Assembly (NCBI GenBank): GCA_963768305.1
Contig: CAVYHE010000008.1
Span: 129,576-193,575, forward strand
Length of the DNA: 64,000 nt
Direction of reading: 5' to 3'
Origin: an uncultured bacterium
GTDB lineage: Bacteria > Margulisbacteria > WOR-1 > CAVSGV01
In this document: piece after piece, positions 28,571-38,264 of the stretch
Layout: each line of letters starts with the position of its first letter
Numbering within the stretch: the stretch's first letter is position 1
Notes under the pieces: model-generated
Databases searched by the model: none
What the model was told of the DNA's origin: nothing
Seen by the model: only the letters and a program-made list of their open reading frames with translations
Program-made: the position numbers and the translations under genes

Positions 28571-29161
28571 AGCCCGCAGCGACTGCTTGATAATATCTTC
28601 CGCTCCCTTGACCTTTGACAGGTCGATCCCCGACTTCATTATCGCTTCCCTGGCTTCTTTTGGTGTGTAGCCGAGCGTCATAAGCGCGGCTATCGCGTCG
28701 GCAACAACGGGCTCTTCAGATTGGATCTGCAGGGAGCCCGCGGTAGACACGGCGTAAGCTTTTGCGACTTTCTCTTTCAACTCGATCACAAGCTTTTGAG
28801 CGGTCTTCAATCCTATGCCGGGTACCATTGTGATAAGGTCAACGCTCCCTTTCGCGATAGCAACGACAAGGTCTTCCATCTTTATCTTGGACAGGAGTGC
28901 AAGTGCGCTCTTCGGCCCGATGCCGGAAACGGAAAGAAGCATACCGAACAGACCTCTTTCCTCTTTTCTTAAAAATCCGTAAAGGTCCAGAACGTCTTCC
29001 CGCACCACCTGATAAGTGAAAATTTTGATCTTTTGGCCGGCGGGAGGAAGTTTATCCATTGTGATCGCAGGAACGAAGACCTTGTAACCCACACCTTGAA
29101 CGTCAATCACTATGCTGTTCTGTTCTATGCTGTCCAATATCCCCGTAAGCTGATATATCAT
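28562..29161 (-). CDS. ruvA: Holliday junction branch migration complex subunit RuvA
   Basis: MIYQLTGIL...VQGVGYKVFVP and helix-hairpin-helix GIGPKSALALL / GIGLKTAQKL motifs. Confidence 0.95.
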   Translation of the reverse strand: MIYQLTGILDSIEQNSIVIDVQGVGYKVFVPAITMDKLPPAGQKIKIFTYQVVREDVLDLYGFLRKEERGLFGMLLSVSGIGPKSALALLSKIKMEDLVVAIAKGSVDLITMVPGIGLKTAQKLVIELKEKVAKAYAVSTAGSLQIQSEEPVVADAIAALMTLGYTPKEAREAIMKSGIDLSKVKGAEDIIKQSLRALT

Positions 29162-29655
29162 TTTATTTTCCTCGTTTTGGAATTAAATCCGTCGGAATTC
29201 ATGTGGCACAGAGCCACGGCAAGCGCGTCGGCCGCGTCGTCCGGAGTCGGAAGTATTTTCATTTTCAAAAGCCGCATGACCATCTGCTGCATCTGTTTTT
29301 TATCGGCCCTGCCGTACCCTGTGAGCGCCATTTTAACTTCCAGCGGCGTGTATTCCGCTATCTCCAGTCCAGCCTGCGACGCCGCCAGTATCACTACTCC
29401 CCTCGCCTGCCCAACGGACATGGCGGTCTTTGTGTTCTGCCCGAAGAATAATTTTTCGACCGCGATGCATTTCGGTTTATGTTTTGAGATGATCTTCTTG
29501 ATGCTTGAATATATCTTTTTGAGGCGGTCGCTAGAAGATTCCGTGCTGCTGGTCTTTATGCAGCCGTATTCCACCACCTGAACATCATCGCCGTTATTTT
29601 CCAGTATCCCGTAGCCTGTGGTGGCAGTGCCCGGATCAATGCCTAGGGCTTTCAT
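29158..29655 (-). CDS. ruvC: crossover junction endodeoxyribonuclease RuvC
   Basis: LGIDPGTATTGYGILE and AVEKLFF motifs. 4-nt overlap with ruvA. Confidence 0.95.
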   Translation of the reverse strand: MKALGIDPGTATTGYGILENNGDDVQVVEYGCIKTSSTESSSDRLKKIYSSIKKIISKHKPKCIAVEKLFFGQNTKTAMSVGQARGVVILAASQAGLEIAEYTPLEVKMALTGYGRADKKQMQQMVMRLLKMKILPTPDDAADALAVALCHMNSDGFNSKTRKIK

Positions 29656-29678
29656 GGCAGGAATTATAGCATATGAGA

Positions 29679-30647
29679 TCAGAAAGAAATCTTGAATTCC
29701 TGTATCCGGTGATTGTTCGTGTCCGCGACAAAAAGTCGGCCGGGCTGCCCGATAGCTATTCCCGTGGGATTATTGAACTGGCCGTCACCCATTCCGGTGG
29801 ACCCGAATTTCATTAGGAATTTTCCGTTCTTGTCGAATATTTGCACCCTGTTGTTCCCTGTATCGCTAACATATATATAGCGGTCATCAACATTTATCCC
29901 CGCTGGAGAATTGAATTCGCCGTCGCCGCCGCCTGTCTTCCCGAAAGAAAGCAGGGACATTCCGTTCTCATTCAGTTTCTGGACGCGGTCATTTTTGGTG
30001 TCAGCGACATAGATATTCATTTGGCCGTCAATAGCCACGTCCGAAGCAGAATTGAAATTCCCGTCGCTATAGCCAAAAGACCCGAATGAATTTATGAAAG
30101 TGCCGCCGTCATCGAATTTATCTATCCTGTTGTTGCCTGAGTCGGCAACAAGTACTGTTCCGGATGAGACCGCAATACCCAGAGGCCCTATCATGCTTCC
30201 CTGGTTCATCCCGAAAAATCCGAATCCGTTCAGATAATTGCCGTTGATGTCGAATTTCTGAACTCTGTTATTATCTTTGTCAGCGACATATATCCTCTGG
30301 CTCATATCCATCGCAACGCCTGCGGGAGAGTTGAATTTTCCGTTCGCATTACCCCAGCCGCCAAACTGGAGAAGGAACTGGCCGTCGCTGTTCAAAACCT
30401 GGATACGGTTATTTCCTGAATCAGAAACGATCATGTTATTAACCGCGGATGATGACGGCCCCGTGCTGATGTACATCGGATACAGGAATTGCCCGTTGCC
30501 TGATCCGGGACCGCCGATGACACTGACAAAAGTGACCGCCGGCACGGTGACCTCTATAGCGGGAACGGGCTGAGGAGCCTCAGCCATAGCGAAACAGGTG
30601 CAGCTTAATATCGAAGAGATAAACACTGCCAGGAAAAACCTTTTCAT
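29679..30647 (-). CDS. secreted NHL-repeat beta-propeller protein
   Basis: Signal peptide, then six repeats of the form GxFNSPxGVAxD....YVADxxNNRIQxF. Confidence 0.8.
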   Translation of the reverse strand: MKRFFLAVFISSILSCTCFAMAEAPQPVPAIEVTVPAVTFVSVIGGPGSGNGQFLYPMYISTGPSSSAVNNMIVSDSGNNRIQVLNSDGQFLLQFGGWGNANGKFNSPAGVAMDMSQRIYVADKDNNRVQKFDINGNYLNGFGFFGMNQGSMIGPLGIAVSSGTVLVADSGNNRIDKFDDGGTFINSFGSFGYSDGNFNSASDVAIDGQMNIYVADTKNDRVQKLNENGMSLLSFGKTGGGDGEFNSPAGINVDDRYIYVSDTGNNRVQIFDKNGKFLMKFGSTGMGDGQFNNPTGIAIGQPGRLFVADTNNHRIQEFKISF

Positions 30648-30656
30648 GATGCGGGC

Positions 30657-30665
30657 ATTATATCA
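30657..30665 (-). promoter_or_regulatory. extended -10 TGaTATAAT, 9 nt upstream of the NHL gene ATG
   Basis: On the minus strand, TATAAT is at 30662-30657 and TG at 30665-30664. The ATG is at 30647, with no SD. Confidence 0.5.
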
Positions 30666-30687
30666 TGCTGAAACTCACGCTCAAGTA

Positions 30688-30696
30688 TGCTAAAAT
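30688..30696 (+). promoter_or_regulatory. extended -10 TGcTAAAAT, 6 nt upstream of the AI-2E permease ATG
   Basis: TG at 30688-30689, TAAAAT at 30691-30696, and the ATG at 30703. No SD. Confidence 0.5.
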
Positions 30697-30702
30697 CCCG
30701 GC

Positions 30703-31800
30703 ATGCCTTCAGTATTCGACTGGCTTAAAACAAAGAAAAACAGGCTGAAGAGAAAAGGCATTAAATTCTCTCCTTCCGCTAAGTCGGCGGTTATCGTCGC
30801 CATTCTCCTGCTTGTTTATTTCATTCTTAGATATTCAGGGCAGATAATACATCCGCTTATCTGGGCGCTGATCACCGCCTACCTTTTTGCGCCCCTTATC
30901 TATTCTCTTGAAAAAAAGACACGCATACCGCGCGTATTTTGGATAATCGCGGTTTACATAATAATTGGTTTCGCCATCTACTGGGCTGTTTCTTACGCCA
31001 TCCCCATCGCAAAAAATGAAATATCTGAAATTTCCGGAAAAGGAAATGTTAACGGGGAATCTTTCATAGGGCACATCCAGAAGATCGGCACGGGAAATAT
31101 CCTGGGTTTTGATGTCGATTACAAGGATCTTGTGTCTAAAACAACCGATTGGATAAGCGACCAGATTACGGCTTTTGCCTTGCCCGTCTTTTTCGGGTTC
31201 ATGGAACGTATCATAATGATCTCCGCATATTTCATCATCACTTTCTATCTTCTTCTGGACGGCGAGAAATATATCCGGTTCTTTCTTCTTCTTTTTCCGG
31301 CAAAATACAGAAGAGAAATAACTGATGTCGCAGCGGAAATAAACGAAACCCTCGGCACATATATCAGAGGGCAGGTTATTTTGATACTGATAATGAGCGC
31401 TGCAAGCTGGATGATCCTGACCGCATTAAGGGTCCATTATTCGCTGGTCCTGTGCTCTATTACGGGTATCCTGGAAGTTGTCCCGATAATCGGGCCGATA
31501 ATAGCTACGATACTGGCGGCTTTCGTGGCTTTTTATCAGCCTGTTGCAACATGGGGAATGACAAATGCTGCGCTGGCAATGATTGTTGTCGCGGCTTATT
31601 TCGCGCTGAGGCAAATAGAAGACCTGATAGTCATACCGATTGTCGTCGGAAAATTCGTCCATGTCCATCCTGTTGTGGTCCTCGTGGCGTTATTTATCGG
31701 GGCGCGGGTCGGCGGGGTGCTTGGAGTTTTTCTTGCCCTGCCGGTCTCGGCCATGTTGAAGGTACTGTTCAATTATTTTTATCCGAAATTATCCAGCTAA
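30703..31800 (+). CDS. AI-2E family transporter (PerM/UPF0118)
   Basis: Multi-pass membrane protein with an ILEVVPIIGPIIATILAAFVAF-type motif. Confidence 0.8.
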   Translation: MPSVFDWLKTKKNRLKRKGIKFSPSAKSAVIVAILLLVYFILRYSGQIIHPLIWALITAYLFAPLIYSLEKKTRIPRVFWIIAVYIIIGFAIYWAVSYAIPIAKNEISEISGKGNVNGESFIGHIQKIGTGNILGFDVDYKDLVSKTTDWISDQITAFALPVFFGFMERIIMISAYFIITFYLLLDGEKYIRFFLLLFPAKYRREITDVAAEINETLGTYIRGQVILILIMSAASWMILTALRVHYSLVLCSITGILEVVPIIGPIIATILAAFVAFYQPVATWGMTNAALAMIVVAAYFALRQIEDLIVIPIVVGKFVHVHPVVVLVALFIGARVGGVLGVFLALPVSAMLKVLFNYFYPKLSS

Positions 31801-31868
31801 GGCCTCAGGAACATCCCATCAATTTGTGGCCGTCTTCTATCTTAAGCTTCGTCTTCGACGCGCTCTTC

Positions 31869-32961
31869 TCATTGAAACCGTCGCAGCCATTGACCGATTT
31901 CCTTTGAGGAATAGATAGCGAACGGGACCGGTTCCGCGGAATGCGTCTTTATCGATATGGGAGTGGAGTGGTCTGGCAGGACCATGATTTTATAGTTATC
32001 GAAGTTTTTGGCCATGCCTTTCAGGACAGGGCCGACCACATATTTATCAAAATCCCGTATCGCTTTTATCTTATTTTTTATGTTGCCTTCATGCCCCGAT
32101 TCGTCCGGAGATTCCACGTGAACAAAAACAAAATCATTTTTTTTCAGGGAAGCCAGAGCGTATCTGGCTTTTCCGGCGTAATTCGTATCAAGGTAGCCCG
32201 TCACTCCGGGAACATTTATCGCTTTAAGCCCTATCGCTTTCCCGATACCTTTTATCAGGTCCACGGCGGTGATAACGGATCCTTTCAGGCGGGAACTTTT
32301 TCATGTTCGGCTTCTTCCCCTGCCCCCAGAGCCATATCATGTTCGCTTTTCCGCCTTTTGCGGACAGGATGTCTCTGTTCGAATCGCTCATCAGCAATTG
32401 AGGATGTCGGCGCCGTGGTCCTTTCGGAAGATATCCTTTGATCGGCTTGCCGGTGATATCGTGGGGAGGCGTGTATTTAATATCCGCTGGGCCCGCCGTT
32501 TATAATGACAAGGTGCCTGTAGCTTATGCCGGGATAGAACTTGATCTTCTTGTTCCCTAATTCCCTGTTCAAAAGTGTTATGACCTTTTTTGCTTCCGCC
32601 GTGGTTATATGCCCCGCGCTGTAGTCCGCCATTTTCCCGTTCCGTATCTTCACCAGATTGCACCTGAACACAACATCATCCTTTTTAAGCTTTATCCCCC
32701 TGCTTAATGCTTCCAGGGGACCTCTGCCGGTATAAGATTCGCCGGGGGTCGTAGCCGAAGATACTGATGTTCCCCACATCCGAGCCGGGTTTCATGCCTT
32801 TCGGGATGGTCCTTACCAGTCCGCAGGTGCCGTTGCGCGCGATCCAGTCCATGTTGGGTATTTTCGCAGTATTCAAGCGGGGTTTTTCCGCCAAGCTGCG
32901 GGAGCGGCCAATCCGCCATCCCGTCGCCGACCAGAACAACGTATTTATATTTTCGAGACAT
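31869..32961 (-). pseudogene. apgM: cofactor-independent phosphoglycerate mutase, archaeal-type (ApgM), at least four frame breaks
   Basis: KYVVLVGDGMADWPLPQLGGKTPLEY / [41 protein letters not shown] / [19 protein letters not shown]... / ...[15 protein letters not shown]...VLPDHSTP occur in different frames. One break is the G5/C5 run at 32744-32748. Confidence 0.8.
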
Positions 32962-33482
32962 ATTTATTCCCCTTGATATAAAATCTTAACAATTTATTTG
33001 ACGCTTTTGATATGCCGATCCTTTTAGCCGCGGCAATATTATACCTTTCCGTTTTCCCTTTTGCTATGATCAAGTCTCCCTTTGTCAGGTCGGCCCTGTT
33101 GAGCTTTTTGTCTATCTTAAGCGCTTTCGTCAATTTTCCCGGGCCGTTCGTCTGCAGTTTGATGCCGCTTACCGGTTCGATAGCGCGGATAAGGACCGCT
33201 CCGGCTTTTCCCGCTTTCTCGGTCACGGCGTTCAGGCAATAATGATTGCCGTAGATGAAATATATGTAAGCGCGGCCCGGCTTCTTCGAACATTGGAGCG
33301 TTGCGTTCTGTTTTACCTCGATATGCGTGGCTGGCGGGATCATCCTGAAAATAAGCTTCCGTTTCAACTATCTTTCCGATCAATTTGAGGGGCCCGATCT
33401 TCCTTATGATATATTTGCCAAGCAAAGCTCTTGCGACAACACGGGTGTTCCTGCCGTAAAAAGAGCGGCGAAGCGGGAGCAT
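32945..33482 (-). pseudogene. mpg: DNA-3-methyladenine glycosylase (Mpg/AAG family), frame break near 33280
   Basis: ARALLGKYIIRK...VETEAYFQDDPASHAYRGKTERNAPMFEE in one frame, then PGRAYIYFIYGNHYCLNAVTE... in the next. Confidence 0.8.
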
Positions 33483-34092
33483 TTACAGCGCTGGCGGTTT
33501 TGGTTTTGGCGGTACTTTTAACGCAGGCGGAATATTTTCTTTTGTTGGAATGGCCGGAACTACCTGCTCCTGTATCCTCTGGAGGTTCTGCTGGATGAAA
33601 TCTATCTTCGGGAACATCCCGAAAATAGAAAGATATGATCTTGAAACCGTTGGGATGGCTACCTTCTTGGAGATCGAATGCCGAAAAAATATCCTTTGTG
33701 CCGGCTGAGAGCGGGAGCATAAGGCATATCTGGATGGCTATCCCCGCGACAAGAACTCCCTGAAGAAGCCCGAGAAGGAGCCCGCCCAGCGATTCCACCG
33801 CGCCGATAAAAGAAATTTTGACCAGCTTCATGATATACCCAACAAATAGCTCCAGCACCATGAACGCTATTATCCAGAAAATGGTGAAAGTTATCGCGTA
33901 TATCGTGGGATCCTGGGCCTTAAGGAAAGGCATTATGGTGTTCGTGAGCGACCTGTAAAGCTGGCCGGAAAAGAATATGGCGATAAGAACGGCGAGAATA
34001 TCCAGAAAGGTCTTCATTATCCCGCGCTGTATCCCGGAGAAGATAAAACCCGCGACGATGATCACGGCTATGACATCCACCCAGTTCGCCAT
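33483..34092 (-). CDS. cvpA: CvpA family membrane protein (frame probably broken in the A6/T6 run at 33684-33689)
   Basis: N-terminal CvpA-like TM helices. As sequenced, the ORF reads through into mpg. The alternative frame gives ...IQQNLQRIQEQVVPAIPTKENIPPALKVPPKPKPPAL with a TAA abutting the mpg ATG. Confidence 0.7.
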
Positions 34093-34547
34093 TATATCTT
34101 CACTCCCTTCTCCATTTTGACCTTCAGGGCTTTCAATAGTATCCTTAATTTGGGATATTTCAAGCTTAATATCTGCGCGGCAAGGATGGCCGCGTTCTTC
34201 GCCCCGCCGATAGCCACTGTCGCCACCGGGATGCCCGAGGGCATCTGGACTATCGAATATAATGAATCAAAGCCGGAAAGCGACTTTGTCTCTATGGGCA
34301 CGCCTATTACCGGAAGGACCGTATTGGCGGCGACAACTCCGGGAAGATGCGCCGCTCCTCCCGCCGCCGCAATGATAAGATCATATTTTGAAGCGGCTGA
34401 TGATGCGATCTTTGAGACTTTTTTGGGGTTCCTGTGGGCCGATGCCACGACAAGGTCAAAAGGTATCTTGAATTGGGAAAGAAGCTTTTTCGTCCCCTTT
34501 ATTTGAGGGATGTCGGATGCGCTTCCAAGTATGATCAGTACTCGCAT
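34092..34547 (-). CDS. purE: 5-(carboxyamino)imidazole ribonucleotide mutase
   Basis: ILGSASD and AAGGAAHLPGVVAANTVLPVIGVP motifs. Confidence 0.95.
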   Translation of the reverse strand: MRVLIILGSASDIPQIKGTKKLLSQFKIPFDLVVASAHRNPKKVSKIASSAASKYDLIIAAAGGAAHLPGVVAANTVLPVIGVPIETKSLSGFDSLYSIVQMPSGIPVATVAIGGAKNAAILAAQILSLKYPKLRILLKALKVKMEKGVKI

Positions 34548-35779
34548 TATGGCGTTACCGTCATTATTTTTCTTGCCTGCTCCGGATATTTCGCGACGAA
34601 CAGAAGCTCTCTCCTTGTGAGCGGCTTTTGAGTGTGAACGTTCGCGTACCTGACAAGCTCCAGCACTTTTTCGGCCTCTTTATCGTCCTTGAATTCAACT
34701 TCAAGCTTTCCGAAAACATTCCGGAACCCTTTTATTCCGCTGTATTCGCCTACCGTTATCATGCGGCCGGTCTCCACATATTCCGGCTGGCCCCTTCCGA
34801 GTTCTTCATATTCATACAGTTCGTAATTCCTTCTGTCCTTGAGCGCGCCGTCGGCGTGGATCCCCGATTCGTGCGCGAAAGCGTTCGCTCCCACGCCCAC
34901 CTGGTTGATGGGGAGCGGGATCCTGAAAGCGTAAGAAGCGTAATTGGCGATTTCCCAGGACTTGGAAAGGTCCACTCCTTCCGGGAAATAACCCTTTCCC
35001 GTCAAGCCGCTGGAATATTTAAGGGCAAGCAGGACGGCCAGCATGTCAGCATTCCCCGCTCTCTCCCCCATTCCGTTCACGGTTGAATTTATATACGCGT
35101 CCTGTCCGGCGTCAACTGCGCCTCTGGCGCCTTCCACTGAGCACGCAACGCCCATTCCGATGTCATTATGGCAATGGAGCTCTATGGCCATTTTTGTTTT
35201 GCTTGCCAGCTCGTAAATCCTGTCGTAGATGGTTTTTGGGTCGTCCGCGCCGAGCGTATCGCAATATCGCAGGCGCTTAGCTCCCGCGGCTTTTCCGGCA
35301 AGGCCGTATTCAACTAGAAAGTCCATGTCGGACCTGGAAGCGTCTTCGGCGTTAATGCCCACCGTTTCCGCTCCGTAAGCATAAGCCGTTTTCACTGCTT
35401 CCACCATATTTGAGATGACTTCGCTTTTGCTCATCTTCCCCAGGAATTTGTTTTCAAGCATCATATTCGAAGTTGAGATCGAGAGGTTGAGATGTTTTAT
35501 CTTCGGGGTCAGTTTATAGGAAAGGTCCACGTCTTTCTTTATCGCCCTGCACCATCCTTCAAGCCTGATTGGCTTCAAAGCTCCCATTTCGGCCAGTTCC
35601 AGGTTCGCATTAAGGTAATTTTGTTCATGCATCGTGAAAGGGAACCCGAATTCAGACTGGAATATCCCCATTTCATTAAGCATCATGTTTATGATGGTTT
35701 TTTCCAGCTTTGCCAGCCCCAGCCTCGAAGTCTGCACTCCATCCCTGTTCGTAACATCGATAATACGCACTTTTGCCAT
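34547..35779 (-). CDS. 2-isopropylmalate synthase / homocitrate synthase family protein (HMGL-like)
   Basis: IIDVTNRDGVQ, LHCHNDIGMGVA and NGMGERAGNA motifs. Confidence 0.8.
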   Translation of the reverse strand: MAKVRIIDVTNRDGVQTSRLGLAKLEKTIINMMLNEMGIFQSEFGFPFTMHEQNYLNANLELAEMGALKPIRLEGWCRAIKKDVDLSYKLTPKIKHLNLSISTSNMMLENKFLGKMSKSEVISNMVEAVKTAYAYGAETVGINAEDASRSDMDFLVEYGLAGKAAGAKRLRYCDTLGADDPKTIYDRIYELASKTKMAIELHCHNDIGMGVACSVEGARGAVDAGQDAYINSTVNGMGERAGNADMLAVLLALKYSSGLTGKGYFPEGVDLSKSWEIANYASYAFRIPLPINQVGVGANAFAHESGIHADGALKDRRNYELYEYEELGRGQPEYVETGRMITVGEYSGIKGFRNVFGKLEVEFKDDKEAEKVLELVRYANVHTQKPLTRRELLFVAKYPEQARKIMTVTP

Positions 35780-35855
35780 TAATATTCGCTCCTTCTAATC
35801 TCAGATCTGAGAAATAAAATTATAGCTGATGAGAAGACAAAAATCAAATTGGTAG

Positions 35856-36824
35856 TTAGCGGTATTCTTCGGAGGATTTGTAATACCTGAACCAGATATT
35901 CACGATGCCGATCATGACGATAAGCAGCAGGACAGATGTCGCGGCTCCTGTCCCGAAATCCCATCTCTGGAAGGAATTCCTGAAAATGTCGGTCATCATC
36001 AGGTCGCCCCATTGGCCGGGGAACCCGGCGCCGAACCCGAACATCATAATGACGATATTAAAAGAATAAACATTATATATAAGGCCGAACAATATCAGGA
36101 TCGCCCAGACGGGTTTCAGGAGCGGAAAAGTTATCATCCAGAATTTTCTCCACGGGGATGCGCCGTCTATGTCCGCGGCTTCATACAGCTCATCAGGGAT
36201 CGTCTGGAGCCCGGCAAGAAGCATGAGCATTGAAAGAGGCCAGAACCTCCATATCGTCGGGATTATTATGGCCCATAACGTATTAGGCCCCAGCAGCCAG
36301 AACGGCTTTGACGGAAGGATATGCAAAATATCAACTAGCAGAATATTTATTATCCCTATGTTCTTCTGCCACATGAAACCCCACAAAAGTCCGGTCACGT
36401 AAGTGGGCACTATCCACGGGAAAAGAAAAAGCGTCCTTACAAGCGAGCGGCCCCTGAATTTCCTGTTGACCATAAGCGCAACGATAAGCCCGACCCATAG
36501 CGTCCCGAGAGTTACGGCGATCGTGTAAATGACGGTATTCCTGACGGCCTCGAAAAGCCCGAGCCTGATGGGACTTTGCGCATTAATGAGGACATTGTAA
36601 TAATTCTGGAACCCGACAAAAGGGGCAAGGAGATACCTGCTGAGAGTGAATTGGTCAAGCTTAAGGAATGACATCATGACGCCTTGGACAATGGGAAGGA
36701 AATGCAGAAAGAACATCGCTGTCATGGTGGGAAGAAGGAACATATACGCGAATTTATTTTTTTTAATCTGTTTCCACATCAGGTCAGAAATTATACCTTT
36801 TGAGGCGAAAATTTCAAGCTGCAA
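35856..36824 (-). CDS. carbohydrate ABC transporter permease (MalF/UgpA-like)
   Basis: Six TM helices and the EAA loop EAADIDGASPWRKFWMITFPLLKP. Confidence 0.85.
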   Translation of the reverse strand: MQLEIFASKGIISDLMWKQIKKNKFAYMFLLPTMTAMFFLHFLPIVQGVMMSFLKLDQFTLSRYLLAPFVGFQNYYNVLINAQSPIRLGLFEAVRNTVIYTIAVTLGTLWVGLIVALMVNRKFRGRSLVRTLFLFPWIVPTYVTGLLWGFMWQKNIGIINILLVDILHILPSKPFWLLGPNTLWAIIIPTIWRFWPLSMLMLLAGLQTIPDELYEAADIDGASPWRKFWMITFPLLKPVWAILILFGLIYNVYSFNIVIMMFGFGAGFPGQWGDLMMTDIFRNSFQRWDFGTGAATSVLLLIVMIGIVNIWFRYYKSSEEYR

Positions 36825-36901
36825 AAATTAAGCTTACAGGTTCTGTTTCATTTCATAGGGGTGATCATATGCCGATTCTTTTCCGAAGTGGCACCAAAAA
36901 A

Positions 36902-36930
36902 GTGAAATTTTTACTTATTTTTGACGAAGT
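36902..36930 (+). promoter_or_regulatory. GTGAAAT-N16-CGAAGT motif copy (weakest -10) upstream of the uORF/HExxH gene
   Basis: GTGAAAT at 36902-36908, 16-nt spacer, CGAAGT at 36925-36930. An A6 tract lies upstream. Confidence 0.35.
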
Positions 36931-37120
36931 AAATATGTAATGAGCGACTGATCGGCATATAAGTGATTGAATAATCAAAAGGAGGACATTGTGACAATAA
37001 TAACAAAATATCCTGCGGCGTCTTAATAAGTTAATTGACCATGTTTCCCAAAAGTTCAATAAACCTTTTAAAATCATCGCCACGAGGATCTTAGGCGACT
37101 CCGAAGCAGGGTTATCTTTA

Positions 37121-38128
37121 GTGGAACGTCATAAAAAATATGATGTTATTCCCATATATTTGTCTCAAGTTCCAAATTATGTGAACAACAATAACGATCT
37201 TACTCCTTTAGGCGAGCATCTCGCCGCGCATGAAATAGGCCATTTCATGGTTTATAACGAAGGCTATGGAAAAATGAACATAAATATGCTTGGAATGGAT
37301 CCAGACGCGTTAAATAATCTCGGAAAAGATCTTGCTAATATTGTTCCTTTATTGTTGCCTGGATATTTTAGCGGGATATTCAATTTTGCTTCTCATTTGA
37401 TCGTAAACAACAGGCTTGCGGCGTATGGTTATGACGCATCAGGAGAAATGTATAATGTTTTATATGACAAAAACATCAATAGCCTCCGGGAAACACTGTC
37501 TGAACAACAAATGGACGCCTTTGGAGCACGTTATGAGATAAATCTGCGTGACAATCCGGATGCAGCAAGGATACTGTTCTTTGAAGGGACCAGGATGTTG
37601 TCCGAAATGTATCTTTTTCTGCCTCAACCTTATAAGGGTGAACTGTTGGAAAGTGTAGGCGAGTTCTGGAAGAATCAGGTAATAAGCTTGCTTAAGGAAA
37701 CTGAAACCGATTTAGATCGATCCAGGTTATATAGCCCCGAATTTAATAAATATTATTCACCAGAAAGATATCAGCAAACAATTATAAAAATGTTCCTATG
37801 GATCGGGGGCAAGGCAGAATACGTTTTTCCGGTAGCCAAACCTCATGACGAATATGAAAAGGGATTGATCCGTGAGAGCAAGCAATGTTATGAAAATGGC
37901 GATATTATTTCAGCGTACTATAAATTGTGCCAGGTAAACGATATTGACGTGTCAAAAGAATTTGAAATAGTGGAGGATGCATTGTGGGCGGAAGCATTCA
38001 AAAATATTGGCCAGCGTAACACGCAAGCGGCCGCCTCATTAATCCTGGAAACATTGGTTGGGAATGGCATGGCTGATGCGGCAATGATATTAAGAGAAAG
38101 ATTGGAACAACTGCAAAAAAGCAAATAA
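37121..38128 (+). CDS. hypothetical protein with an HExxH motif (possible zinc metallopeptidase)
   Basis: LAAHEIGHFMVYNEG. GTG start. Nothing else recognisable. Confidence 0.5.
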   Translation: MERHKKYDVIPIYLSQVPNYVNNNNDLTPLGEHLAAHEIGHFMVYNEGYGKMNINMLGMDPDALNNLGKDLANIVPLLLPGYFSGIFNFASHLIVNNRLAAYGYDASGEMYNVLYDKNINSLRETLSEQQMDAFGARYEINLRDNPDAARILFFEGTRMLSEMYLFLPQPYKGELLESVGEFWKNQVISLLKETETDLDRSRLYSPEFNKYYSPERYQQTIIKMFLWIGGKAEYVFPVAKPHDEYEKGLIRESKQCYENGDIISAYYKLCQVNDIDVSKEFEIVEDALWAEAFKNIGQRNTQAAASLILETLVGNGMADAAMILRERLEQLQKSK

Positions 38129-38264
38129 TTAGTGTTACTGTCAGCTATGATATTTGATCCTCCAATTCCTTGGATGTACCCCTTCTTGTTTCTTCAATTG
38201 CCCGAATCTTGAATTTTTTGCTATAATCACTAGGTTTTCTTAGAGTAATAGAAGGAGGAACATC

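Noticed and set aside
36865-37083. A 72-aa minus-strand ORF in the 35856/37121 intergenic region.
   Set aside because: It has no RBS, and it overlaps a plus-strand promoter-like motif and the strong-RBS uORF. The translation looks like AT-rich noise.
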